Below, piece by piece: positions 38,268 to 51,680 of a stretch of 64,000 nt of DNA. The notes under the pieces were generated by a model. That model had not been told where the DNA came from, did not search any database, and saw only the letters and a list, made by a program, of their open reading frames with translations. A program made the translations under genes and the position numbers. Source of the stretch: Octopus sinensis. Taxonomy: Eukaryota. The stretch is from NCBI RefSeq assembly GCF_006345805.1, contig NC_043004.1:64604001-64668000 (forward strand). The letters are read 5' to 3'. Position 1 is the first letter of the stretch. Every line of letters starts with the position of its first letter.

Positions 38268-38470
38268 CATTTGTATGTCTGTGTCTGTCCCCTCACCATC
38301 GCTTGACAACCAATGCTGGTGTGTTTACATTCCCGTAACTTAGCGGTTCAGCAAATGAGACTGATAGAATAAGTACTAGGCTTACAAAGAATAAGTTCAG
38401 GGGTCGATTTGCTCGACTAAAGGTGGTGCTCCAGCATGGCCACAGTCAAATGACTGAAACAAACGAAAGA
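38076..38470 (+). mobile_element. SINE-A, full length
   Basis: A box TGGCTGTGTGG, B-box-like AGTTCAGTCCC, (GT)n, tail with CAGTC-AAAT-GACTG stem-loop. Confidence 0.92.
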
Positions 38471-38497
38471 AATGTAATGCAGAAACACCTTCCAAAT

Positions 38498-38870
38498 TGT
38501 TTCAGTCATTAGACTGTGGCCATGCTGGAGCACCACCTTGAAGAGTTTTTAGTCGAATGAATTGCCCCAAGTACTTTTTTATATATAAACCTGATACTTA
38601 TTCTATCAGTAGTCTCTTTTGCTGAACTCCTAAGTTACAGGGACATAAACACATCAACACCACTTATCAAGTGGGACGGGGGCAACACACACACACACAC
38701 ACACACAATGGGCTTCTTTCAGTTTTCATCAACCAAATCCACACAGAAAGCTTTGATCAGCCCAAGGCTATAGTTGAAGACACCTGCGCAAAGTGCCACA
38801 CAGTGGAACTGAACCTAGAACAATGTGGTTGGGAAGCAAGCTTCTTACCTTACCCCCATGCCAGTGCCTA
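38498..38870 (-). mobile_element. SINE-A, full length, tail-to-tail with the previous copy
   Basis: Reverse complement of SINE-A starting 36 bp after the + copy tail. Confidence 0.9.
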
Positions 38871-40523
38871 TAAATTTCTTTTTAAATTTATTCTTTCTGT
38901 GCAAACTGATACGAAATGGTCCACAGCCCAGTACAGGCTCATGACCCAGTTGCAGACCCCTGTTACATATGGTCACTCAACCCGCCAAAAGTAGTAGCTA
39001 AATTACCTTCAAATCACACTTCTATTGTGATTTGTAAAGCGAAGAGCACATTGGGTCACAAAGTGTAACTTGGATTTGAACACCATAAAAGATAGAAATT
39101 CTATCTAGGTGTGTGTGTGTGTGTGTGTGTGCATCACTGTTTATCCCACATTAAATCGCAATGTATGTGTGTGTGTGTGTGTGTGTTGTTGAAAGAGGTG
39201 GGGGTGGTGATGGTGGTGAGAAGAGAGATGTTAGAGCCAACAATTTTTCCTGCATCGCCTAAATTTAATTATTCAGCTAAATAATTTATCAAGAGCTGAG
39301 AATTTATTCATTTGCACATTTATTTACTTATTAGCGTTGTTGTTATTATGTCATCATCATCATCATCATCATCAACACTGTCATCACTATAATCACCATC
39401 ATCAACATTATCATTAACACCAACACCATTCGCATCAGAGCCATCATAACAACCATCACCACTATTGCCACCCTCTCGTGTTTAGCTTTGATACTACAAA
39501 TTATGTTGCAGTTCAAATTATGTTAAAGCTGCATCATTATCTTACAGCTCTTTTTTTATTTTTTCATTTACACACACATATATATATATTTTTTTTCCTC
39601 TTGATTCTGATTAAATCTTTCTCTGCTAAGTCATATGCCTTTACATAACATTCTTGAAAGATTTTCACATATCTTTTACTTTTGCACTTTCCTATTACAG
39701 GATTATTATTATTATTATTATTATCATCATCATCATCATTGTTATTATTATTTAGTCTAGTAATCTTATAGTCACTGCATAACAGTGCCACAATTCTTTG
39801 TGCTGTGCCTTGGGTATTACACGGAGTATATTTTGTTAATTTTTATTCTTTTGTTTTTGCACTAATATTACTAATACTTCCACTACTACTGCTACTGCTA
39901 ATGATAATAATAATAATAATGATAATAATTTTCTCTGTCGCTATCGTCATTATTACTATGTTAGCAGTTGCTAAGTTTTTTGGTTTTTTTCTCACCGTCA
40001 CCAGCACAGCCAACGTAATCTTTTAAAGAATGGCAAGCAGATATGATTATACCTTTCATTGGTAGAAAAATATATCGAATCAACTTTATTCTCATAAAGT
40101 TCGTTATTGCTTCCTTTCTTTCTTTTTCTTTTTTTTTTTTGCATATGATTTGCATTTGCTTATCTCTTTCGACTTGTCCTCATTTACCATTTATTAAAAA
40201 TTCCTTATCTCAAATCGAATAAATATTTTTGTCCATTTTGCAGACATATTATTTTTCCCCACCTAAAAATATCATAACCATTTTTGGTAGTTTTTTTTGT
40301 TTTCTCTCCTTTTTTACTGTTTTTATACTGTTTCCTAGTGAGAAGAATGAGCATCAATTTCTAAGGATGTTCCTCAAGTTTGTCTCTTATTATTTCATAT
40401 TGACTGCAAACTTACTGTTTGTTACTATTCTTCATTACAAAACCATTTGGGAAAAAATAAACAGACAGCGAAAAACGTGCAGGAAACAAATACTTTGCAT
40501 GAGATCTATACTCCATCTTGGCT

Positions 40524-40830
40524 GCAACCTCCACCCCACATTAAAGTGCAGCCCCCCCACACACACACACACAACCTATATCAAGATGCAACGTCCACCC
40601 CACATTGAAATGCAATTTCCATCCCACATTAATGTGCAATCCCCACCCCACATTAAAATGCAATCCCCACCCCATATTAAGATGCAATCCCCACCCCACA
40701 TCAAAGTGCAATCCCCACCCCACATTAAAATGCAAAGCCCACCCCACATCAAAAAATACAATGTTCACTCTACATTAAAATGCAATCCCTATGCCACATC
40801 ATAGTGCAATCCCCACCCCACACTAAAGCA
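40524..40830 (+). repeat. 24-bp minisatellite (ATGCAATCCCCACCCCACATTAAA)n, ~12 units
   Basis: Produces the MQSPPHIK repeat in ORF 40229-40804. Confidence 0.92.
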
Positions 40831-41030
40831 TTTATGACCACCAAGAGAACTCCCTTGCTGGATTTAGCAGCCAAATCCCTCCCTCAAATTGTACCATACT
40901 ATCCTTAAGAATAACGCATTAAATAATATAGTCCTAGATAGATATAAATCTGAATGATAGGTAGAATGGTCGTGGCTGAAAAGTCTTTGATCATTTCTCT
41001 ACTAAATTAAGGCTAACCTGGTGCTAAATA
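40830..41030 (+). mobile_element. SINE family C fragment
   Basis: TAGCAGCCAAATCCCTCCCTC...TAGTCCTAGATA...GGTCGTGGCTG...TTTGATCAT...GCTAACCTGGTGCTAAA; relatives at 49760-49975 (+) and 61020-61250 (-). Confidence 0.65.
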
Positions 41031-42059
41031 ACTGCTAACACACACAATCTCAACCACGTTCTTCTTAGAATTAGGTGCCAATTTTACTGAACCAGAATTT
41101 TCAGTTCAAGTCAAACATAACAAGCCACTCTAAATTGTTTTATCCGTGTAATTTGAACCTGGACCAGCTCGTTTGTACTGGCATCAAGTTATTTGGTGAA
41201 GATAATGAAGACAAATCAAATAGTGACATTTTGAAATCACTTGTTCTGAGTTCAAATTACACATTCGTCTACACCAAACACAAAAGCATACATATATTTA
41301 TGTGTACACACACACACACAGAATATCACTGGTGTTGTCCTAACACCAACAAAAGAGAAAAATCTACCTCCATTTGGTAAAATGCACACACATTCATACA
41401 CATCCATTCATACATGCAAATACATTTGTAGATATTCATCTGCCTCACACAAACATTAACACATACACACACCCATTCATACATATTTGCACATACATTC
41501 ATATAATACATTAACAGATACATAGACGCACACACAACACCACATCACACACACAGGAGCAATACTGATGCATTAAAAAAGAAAGCCTCTTTCTAAGTAC
41601 AAAGACAAATTAGCTGTTTAAAATCTGCACTAATTAACCAAATGTATTTCATGACATTTCAGATAATCTTTTTTGTTTTTTTTTTAATCATCAACATCAT
41701 CAGCCTCATGCACTCACATACATACACACACACACACACATAGATAGTTATACATAGATAGATAAACACAAAAACACACACACATACATACATATAGATA
41801 GATAGGTAATTAGTTAGAGAGATAGAGACAGATAGAGGTAGATAGGCAGATATTTGGCATGTACTAATTGTAGAAATGGTTGTTATTTCATCGCAATGTT
41901 TTAAATTCCTGTTTCCAATATTAAAAAATAAAACGAAAGAAAAATATTGATTTCAAATTTTAGCACAAGGCCAGCAATTTCGGGGTGGGGATAAGTCAGT
42001 TGCAATAACACCAGTACCAAACTGGTACTTATTTTATCAACCATGAAAGGATGAAAGAC

Positions 42060-42134
42060 ACACCAGAGCACTGGTTGTCAAGCGGTAATGGGTGAGATGA
42101 ACACAGACACAAAGACACGCACACATGATAGATG

Positions 42135-42196
<62 letters not shown>

Positions 42197-42359
42197 CACA
42201 GGTGTAGCTGTGTGGTAAGAAGCTTGCTTTCCAACCACATGGTCTGGGTTCAGTCTCACTGCATGGCACCTTGGCCAAGCGTCTTCTGCTATAGCCTTGG
42301 GCCGACCAAATCCTCATGAGTGGATTTGGTATATAGAACCTGAAAGAAGCCTGTCATAT

Positions 42360-42439
<80 letters not shown>

Positions 42440-42605
42440 CATATATACAACAGGCTTCTTTTAGTTTCCAACTACCAAATTCCATCACAGTGCTTTGGTC
42501 AGCCTGAGGCTATAGTAAGAGACATTTCCTCAAGGTGCCATGCAGTGGGACTGAATTCAGAACCATATGGTTTGGGAAGCAAGCTTCTTACCACACAGCC
42601 ACATC
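42060..42605. mobile_element. Composite SINE-A: a minus-strand copy whose (TA)n contains a plus-strand SINE-A head
   Basis: 3' piece (-) 42060-42130, head (+) 42193-42357, (TA)n, head (-) 42447-42605. Confidence 0.8.
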
Positions 42606-42999
42606 TTGAAACCTAGAATCTAAGAGGTCAAAGGTTAATCCAGTTTCCCTAACTTATAGGTGACTAAGATTACAACACAATCCTCCTGATTGCCAGTGCA
42701 TCACAGAGTTAACTTCCCAACTATTGCTGGGACTTATTTACATCTGAGTGAACTGGAGTAAAATGAAGTGTTTTGCTCAAGAATACAATGCATCACTCAG
42801 TCCAGGAATTGAAACCATGATCCTAAGATTGTAAGTACAATACCCTAACCATTAGGCCATGTGCCTTCATAATCATTAAAGTATCACAAAAAAAGTGCTT
42901 GCAGCCTTTGTTCAAGCTCTTTATTTGCTGGGTTCAAACCCTACCAAGGACAACATTGACTCTTATCCTTTTAAGGTCAATGAAATGAAGCCCTAAATA

Positions 43000-43200
43000 C
43001 AGTGGTGCCTCAGTTTATGAATGCATTTCATTCTGAACAAATTGATTTACAAGCAATTTTTCAAACGTAAAACATCCCAGGTGATAAACGATGTCTCGAG
43101 TAACAAACACAGGAGCTGGAAACAATGATTGGTGACAAGCTGGGGGAATCAGTGTGGAGGAGCATTTGTCATTGTCTAGCTTGCATTCAGGGCACATACT
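43000..43200 (+). mobile_element. pogo/Tigger-like transposon end
   Basis: TA followed by CAGTGGTGCCTCAGTTTATGAA resembles Tigger-type TIRs; no partner TIR is seen. Confidence 0.45.
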
Positions 43201-44074
43201 TACTTGAATTTGCTGTGCATTCTCTTGAATTCCCTGAAAGAAAAACAGTCTCAGTTTACAAACCTTTCAGGTGACAAACAACCTTCACGAACAGATTACA
43301 TTCATAAATCAAGGTTCTACTATACTAGAATCAAGGATATCAACAAACCACTTGAACCGCTTCAAATTGCTGGCCTTGTGCCTAAGTTAAAAACAATTAC
43401 AATTTAAAGCACTAGGGCCAATATAATTGACTGATCCCTTTCTTCTTATAATTACTGGTCTTGTTCCTATATTTGATATGACTATAGGTTGTGCAAAACA
43501 CATTCAAATCAGATTTTTGAAGGTGATGGATTGACAGTCATTCAAGCACTGGAAAACATGCTTTGAGATATTTCTTTTGGAACTTCACAGTTTAAGTTAA
43601 GAGTCCGCTGAGATCTCAACTTTGTTTTTCATCCTTTTGCAGTTGAAAAAATAAAATACCCATCAAGTACTGGGGTTGATGTAATTGACTAACACCTCAA
43701 CACTAAAAATTGCTGGCTTTGTGCCAAAATCTGAAACTACTATTCAAAGACGGCAAGCTGGCAGAATTGTTATTGCATCAAAATGCTGAGTGGTATTCCT
43801 TCTGGCTGTTTACATTCTGAGTTCAAATACTGCTGAGGTTAACTTTATCTTTCATCCTTTACATTCCAGACACCAGCTATAGCAACCCCATCACATAATG
43901 TAGCAACATTTGTGTGTGTGTCCATTTGTTTTCAGTCTGTTTTCCCATATCAGCATGACTTGGATAAGAATTGATTTTGCGACAGGATTTTACGGTACAG
44001 CTGGATGTTCATTCTGTCACCAAATCCTCTCCTGTTTTTTTCTGGTGAGATTTGTTCAATAACAGGAAGAGCAT

Positions 44075-44300
44075 TATCATCATCATTTAACATCCTTTTC
44101 TCTATGTTGGCATAGGTCGGATGGTCCAACTTGAACAGATGAACCAGAGGATTGTGCCAAGTTCTTATATCTATTCTGACATGGTTTCTGCAGCTGGATC
44201 TCCTTCCTTAGGGCAACCACTTCACAGAATATACTGGGTGCTTTTTACATCGCACCAGTACTAGTGAGGTGACCAAGGACCTACAAGACAAGATCCATCA
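44075..44300 (-). mobile_element. Degenerate RTE 3' UTR/tail
   Basis: CATCATCATTTAACATCC...CAGCTGGATCTCCTTCC...GGGTGCTTTTTACAT. Confidence 0.7.
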
Positions 44301-44644
44301 ACTGATAAGGGGATAAGAAATTAGGATTGAGAGACAGGATCAAGTTTCTTGCTGAAGAGATGAAGACATAGCTTACCCACCTAGAGAGAGACAGAGAAAG
44401 ATGTGAAGTCAAGATAGATGGTGAATATGAGAGACAGAAGAGGAAGAATAAATAAATAGAGAGAGAGAGACAAGCACACACACACTGTTTGAATGTTTCT
44501 GCAAATAGTTGTCCTCAATCAGGACTGACCCAGGATTAAGCAACATCATTCAATTCCTGCCAGTTGACAACATTGTTGATCTCTTTCTCAGTGTTTTAAA
44601 CTACATAACATTATAACCCAGTTATCTGAGTTCAAATCAAGCTA

Positions 44645-45010
44645 GCCCTTATTTTACCTTTGCTCTTTCATATAAACAGACCTTTATTTTACCAGGATCT
44701 TTCATATTTACTGTTCTTTATTTTATCAGTTCTCTTTCATATAATCCAGCCCCCATTTTATTAGAGCTCTTTCATATAAAGTGGATCTTATTTTATTGGA
44801 GCCCTTTCCCATAAACCCTACCCTCTCATTTTATCAGGGGCCCTCCCATATTTACTGGCTTATATTTTACCTGGCCCTTACTTTATCATGGCCTATGATG
44901 ACGATAATGAACCTTAATTTTATCAGGTCCCCTTGCATATAAATTGGTTTTTATTTGATTAGGACCCTTTCATATAAATTCGCACTTATTTTAAGAGGGT
45001 CTATAAAATT
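44645..45010 (+). repeat. Degenerate ~34-bp minisatellite (~10 units)
   Basis: Recurrent TTATTTTA(T/C)CAG...CTCTTTCATATAAA. Confidence 0.75.
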
Positions 45011-45229
45011 AGAACCATTGATGAAATGGTTTAATTCTATAACTCCTAACTAACCCCCACTATTTATCTGAAGTCCGTAGTGGGCAGAGAAGGATGGGCG
45101 GGGGGGTATGTAAAGAGAAAATTATTATTATTGTTTTTGTTTTCTTGTCAAATTACATCAGAAGAAGCACTGAGTCACCTTATATTGTGTTTATTGATTA
45201 GAGATGTGTATGCTCCAAATGAGGTCAAC

Positions 45230-46020
45230 CTCACCTTTTATCGTCATCATCTTTACAGTTATTACCATCACCATCGTCATCGCATACCAACATCATCATC
45301 AACATCACCATCATCATTTAACATCATTTTTGCCATCATTAGAATACAGCAGCAGCAGCAGCACCACCACCACCACCACCACCGGTATCTCTATTGCAAC
45401 TAGCAGTATAACTATCACAAACAGATCGTTGTCAATATTAGCATCGTTGTCATCATCACGAGAAATAGCCACCATTAATACCATCGGTGGCAGCGGCGTT
45501 TTCATCATCATCATCATCATCATCATCGTTGTCATTGTCACCTTTTCACGAAGCCGCATAACCAATCACTATCATCATCATTATTGCCATCATCAGTATG
45601 GTCATCGTAATCATCATCATCATACCTGTCGTCCTCATCATCATCATCATCACCACCACCACCTATCATCATCATCATCACCTATGTCATCATCATCATC
45701 ATCATCCCCATCATCAGAAGCAATAGCAGCATCACTATCATCATCACTGTCATCAAGTAAATACTACAACAAATTCTACCACCAGCTTTCATTGGCGCCA
45801 CTATCACCAGTGCAATATCAATGCTATAACTAATACATAAACCCACACCCACACTTCCTCCCACCACTACCACTACTACTATTACTAATCATGCTACTCA
45901 CTACTACTACTACCTCTACTACTCATGCTACTACCTGCAAATATCACAGTCAGCCGTCAATACAATTAGTCTCAACGCCACCACTGCCTTCCTCATCATC
46001 ATCATCATCGTCATTATCGT
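45230..46020. repeat. Low-complexity (CAT)/(CAC)/(CTA) trinucleotide tract
   Basis: Source of the His/Ser/Ile-run ORFs; similar tracts occur at 34190-34490, 39350-39470 and 63100-63350. Confidence 0.85.
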
Positions 46021-47284
46021 TATAATAATAATGATCGATCTTTGGTGACCTCGTTTTCTTTTTTTGTTTTTTTTTTGCAAGGTATTTTTATATGATTTTT
46101 TGTTGTTTTTTTTTCCTTATATTTATTTATACCTCCTCACTGACTTTCTCTCAGTTATCCCGATATCTCTCCTCTGTACTCAATCCTCCGTACTCTAAAA
46201 ACAAGTTCATCGACATGTTGTCATGGTGACGTTAACACCTCGTCCAAAGTTTGACCGTTTCCTCAAGGGCCCTCCGAGAAGCATTTCGCAAATATCAGCA
46301 AATTCTTCCTTGCGTAAATATATTCATGTGTTTGTTTGTGTGTGTGTGCATGTATATATATATATATATATATCTTTGTGTATGTATCTTTTTCATGTAA
46401 CTATGTGTGTGTGAGTCATTCTGTAGAGAGTTGGACATTTTTTGTATATACGTATGCATACCAATATTCACTTTCTCCTCTGTGTGTGTGTGTGTTTTGT
46501 GTATCTTTATGTAGTTGGAGATTTTCTGAGTGATTACAGGCTGGTATATATATATATATATATAATATTTATATATGGTTAGGTGTTATTTGCCTTTATT
46601 GTTTGTTGTTGTTGGGTTATCAAAAGGAATCTTATAGGCTGATGGTTATTAACTTGTTAATTTTGAGTGTGTGTGTATGTATATATATATATATATAGCT
46701 GAAATTGCAAGGATGATCTGGTTCTTGACTGAGGATAAAAGGTTTCGAATGACCCGTCCTTGTTTTTTTTGTATCGTCTATCTGGATGTTTTGTTGTCCC
46801 TTTTTGTATCACCTAGTTGTCCAGATGTTTTGCGTTCTTGTCCCATTTTGTATTTTATATATATATATGTACCAAACTCATTTTTTGCTCTGTGACAGTG
46901 TGTGCATATACATGTAAATATTAATGTGTTTGTATGTATATATGTGTGTTTCTGTCTCACATTAATTTTGCAGTATTACATACCAGTTTAGTTATGTGTG
47001 TGTGTGTCTTTAAATTAAATAATGCTATAAATCTGAGTTGTCAACTGAACAATGAGTTTAAAAACGTCAGATACTCCTTTTTCTCAAACTTTTAAATTTG
47101 TGTAATTTTTGCCACCATAAATCACCACCAGTGGCCTAAAACTCTGTCTTTATATATATATATATATATATAGATGTGTGTGTGTGTGTGTGTGAATATG
47201 AACAAATGTATACTCATTTCTATATGATGTTTATGTTGTACACGTGTATTGCACTCCAGTCTATGCAGATAGACAGACAGACAT

Positions 47285-47324
<40 letters not shown>

Positions 47325-47658
47325 GTGTGTATAATGGCTATATGAATTTGTCAGTTACTTAGTTGTTATTTGTGAAGATATATATTTATTGTTATTATAA
47401 GTGAGGGAATATATGTATGTATGTATGTGTGTGGATGCCGCTGTAATATTTGTGTATAAACGTGTGTATATTTGTATGATATGTCTGAGTCATTTCTGTA
47501 GCACCCTCAGGGAATTTCCACATTTTGTAATGCCTCCATTCACCAGTGTTGTGTAATTTGTACAGTCCATGAACTGCTATGTATATTAATACGTAGTATC
47601 TTGAAATTCATTTTGAGACAATGCTTTTTATTCATATATATATAAATATATAAATATT

Positions 47659-47696
<38 letters not shown>

Positions 47697-47704
47697 GTGT
47701 GTGT

Positions 47705-48000
47705 GTGGATGCACAGTGGTTAGGGCAGCAGAGCCGCGGTCGGAGGATTGTGGTTTTGATTCCTAGACTGGGCGTTGTGTGTGTTTATTGAGCGAAAACA
47801 CCTAAAAAGCTCCATGAGGCTCCAGCAGGGGGTGGTGGCAGCCCCTGTTGTACTCTTTCACCACAACTTTTTCTCACTCTCTCTTCCTGTTTCTTAAGTA
47901 ACACTGCGATGGACTGGCATCCTGTCCAGCTGGGAGGAACACATACACCACAGAAACCGGGGAAACCAGGACCATGAGCCTGGCTAGGCTTGAAAAGGGC
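47705..48000 (+). mobile_element. tRNA-derived SINE, family D
   Basis: A-box-like CACAGTGG, B-box-like GGTTTTGATTCC, and TGCGATGGACTGGCATCCTGTCCAG, a motif resembling V/Meta-type SINE 3' domains. Confidence 0.75.
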
Positions 48001-48013
48001 AATGTTTATTGCT

Positions 48014-48060
<47 letters not shown>

Positions 48061-48067
48061 TATATAT

Positions 48068-48107
<40 letters not shown>

Positions 48108-48693
48108 TATATATTATATATATATATATATAATATATATATATAGACATACACACACAATCTGAACTTGGATATAAATGCATATGAATATTATCAAACA
48201 CAGAACTAATCTCCATCATGTGCTATGACAATCATATGTAATTCTTATACATTCTGAATGTGTATGTATAATATAATACAATGTGTGTGTGTGTACATGT
48301 GTGTTTGTGGGCATACACAGTCCTCTATCATTTGCTGTGATTGCTGTGTGTACATATGTATAGATAGATGTAGATAGGGACAGAAAGATAGACGTGTATT
48401 TCTGCGTGTTGTGGGCATGTGTGTGTGTGTGTGTTTGTGTGTGTTTGTGTGTGTTTGTGTGTGTGTGTGTGTGTGGTGCTACAAACAGGAGAACTGGAAT
48501 TCAGCATGAAAAGTAACACATACGTTATTCCTTTATTGTTCAGCTGTAAATCTTCGTAAGTGACTAACTTGATTAGCGCTATGCACGAAACTCTAGTCCC
48601 TTGAGTCACACTGATGTAACTTTACAACCATATAATAAAGCAATACACATGTAAGTTTGCTCGTATATATGTGTGTATTCTCTCTCTCTCTCC

Positions 48694-48733
<40 letters not shown>

Positions 48734-49318
48734 ATATATATATATATAATACACATATATACACAAATGTGTGGGCATGTATGTTTCTATATGATTATAG
48801 TTAATGACTTTCTTTTCCTAAGCCATCTAATCTAGCCAGCTGCTTAGCTTATCTCCAGCTTCACCTCTCCCCCTCACACACTTCACTCTTCTCATACCTA
48901 CCCCCATATACAAACCTGTCTCCCTAATCCACCCCCCATCTCATACACCCCTGCCTGCTACCCATCTACATTATCCATCATTTTAACAATGCTCACCTTC
49001 TCTCTCTCTCTCTCTCTCCAACAAACAACTCCTCTCTCACATTCTCTTCTTCATCCTCCTCTCGGTCTCTCTTTACCGTTTTACTCTCTTGCATCGCTTT
49101 CCCTTTCTTTAATCCTTATTCTTGCCTCATCTCAATGCACCCTGTGCTCCATTTCACCCCCTCCTATTCCATAACATTAGTTCTCTCTAACCACTATCAC
49201 CACCACCACCACCACCACTCTCTTTTTCTTCTTCTCTCTCTTCATCACTACCATCATCATCTTCATACACACACACACACACGTACGCTCGCACACTGCT
49301 CCCTTTCGTTTTCCGCCC

Positions 49319-49372
<54 letters not shown>

Positions 49373-50579
49373 ATCAGTCATTAGTCATCAGTCATCATCG
49401 TTACCATGACTGTCACATACACACACAGACACTACTCTCTTTTCTCTCACCCTTGTCATCATCATCATCATCGCCATCATCAGCTACCTACACACACACT
49501 GCTTGCTCTCTCCCCCCCCTCCCTTTGCCAATGTCAGTCATTAGTCATCAACGAACGTCCTCACCAGCACACAGCAAATCTACTTACTTATAGCATTACT
49601 GACAACACAAGCAGAATATTTTCATTATCATTGATTTCATCATCATCATCATCATCATCATCTAATTCTTTGCACACGTGATGCAACCCACATGTTTCTC
49701 TCTCTCTTTCTCTCTCCCCCCCCCAACCTCTTCACCTACCATCATGATCAGGAGCCAGCCAAGGAACCTCTATGTGGTCTCCCTACAAACTGGAAAATAG
49801 CAGTGAAATCTTCCTCAAAACTACATCCAACAACGGAACATTAAATAATTCTGTCCAAGATATATAATTCCAGAAAGAAAAAAAACAACAGTGGTATGGT
49901 CATGGCTGGAATGATCTTTGATCATCGATCTATCTTGTCTGCTCCATATGGAATGACCTAGGGCTAAACAACACCACCATGATGATCATTTTCCTTTGTC
50001 TTACATGCGCGCACACACACACACATGATTATCTCCCTTGAAACTACATCAGTCATATTTTTTTGACATTTCTCACTCACACTCTCCCTCTTTATTTTAC
50101 TTTCTCCTACCATCTCTCTCAATCTATCTAGCTCTGCCTTCCTCTCCTGAATCTGCATACTCCTCCTACCCTTACTTCTTACTTCTACTCTTACTTCTAC
50201 ACTTTCATTAGTTTCAGGTATTTCTAATCACCCAGATTGTGTGTATGTGAGAGAGAGAGAAAGAGAAAGTGAAAGTGTGTGTGTGTGTGTATGCCGCTAT
50301 ACTTCTATGTGTGTACATGCATATGTATGTGTGTGTGTGTGTGTGGCTGGAGAAGACTACTTTTATTTTAAAATGTTGTTGCCATATGAATTAAATATAA
50401 CATTTAAATCGAAGCATGCATTTGACCTTAGATGCACACATACAGATGCATATTTAGTTTCCTATGACAATTTAAATGTGAATTCCCTCCTCGCTGTGTG
50501 TGTGTGTGAAGTTCAACAAATAGTAGAACATTCAATCAATTTAGAAAGTAACGATATTATTATTATTATTAAGAAACAC

Positions 50580-50790
50580 ACAAAGGCGGCAAGCTGGTAG
50601 AATCGTTAGCACGCCGAGCAAAATGCTATGCGGTATTTTGTCCGTCTTTACTTTCTCAGTTCAAATTCCATCGAGTTCGACTTTGCCTTTCATCCTTTCG
50701 GAGTTGATTAATCGCTGGGGTCAATGTAATCAACTTAATACCTTCCACCAAATTTAAGGCCTTGTGCTTCTAGGGGAAAGGATTATTAAA
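50580..50790 (+). mobile_element. Nin/Deu-domain SINE
   Basis: AGGCGGCAAGCTGGTAGAATCG...CAGTTCAAATTCC...TTTGCCTTTCATCCTTTCGGAGTTGATT. Confidence 0.85.
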
Positions 50791-51139
50791 AAACACACAA
50801 AACGACAAAGAATGAATTTAGCATAGCTTTATTGTTAGTTACTCTGTTTCTAATACTATTGCTTTAAAGGAATCCAAATGAAAAGTTACATAATATTTAT
50901 GGATGATTATATTAGCTAGGCACTTCATTAGACTAGCATCAAGTCACGTGTGTATATATATATATATATATGTATGTGTCTGTGTGTGTATATATAATAG
51001 TAATATATAGTGTGTATAGTGTGTGTATATATATATACACATGCATATAACGGTGCAAACAACATGAAATATGTAAACAAACAAGTTAAATAGGTAAACA
51101 ACAAGGAAAAAAATGGAAAACAGGACAAGTAAACACAGA

Positions 51140-51180
<41 letters not shown>

Positions 51181-51185
<5 letters not shown>

Positions 51186-51386
51186 CTTAGGGTGATTGTA
51201 AGATTGTGGCTTCGGTTCCTGGACTGGGCAGTGTTCTTGAGCGAAAACACTTCATTTCACATTGCTCCTGTCCACTCAGCTGAGAAAAATGAGTAATCCT
51301 TTGGCAGAGCACCAGTCCATCCAGGAAACTGGTTCTATGAGCCTATATGACCTCAGGAGGGATCTTTATCCTATCTTTACAATAAA

Positions 51387-51422
<36 letters not shown>

Positions 51423-51622
51423 GTGCTTAGGGTGATTGTAAGATTGTGGCTTCGGTTCCTGGACTGGGCAGTGTTCTTGAGCGAAAACACTTCATTTCAC
51501 ATTGCTCCTGTCCACTCAGCTGAGAAAAATGAGTAATCCTTTGGCAGAGCACCAGTCCATCCAGGAAACTGGTTCTATGAGCCTATATGACCTCAGGAGG
51601 GATCTTTATCGTATCTTACAAT

Positions 51623-51660
<38 letters not shown>
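51181..51660 (+). repeat. Near-perfect 240-bp tandem duplication of a SINE fragment plus (TA)n
   Basis: 51181-51420 and 51421-51660 are identical apart from the end of the unique part and the TA length. Confidence 0.95.

Positions 51661-51679
<19 letters not shown>

Positions 51680-51680
<1 letters not shown>

Noticed and set aside
46720-46765. CTGAGGA...TTTCGAA as a fourth hammerhead
   Set aside because: No GAAA, G10.1 is absent, and there is no helix I complement after the putative cleavage site.
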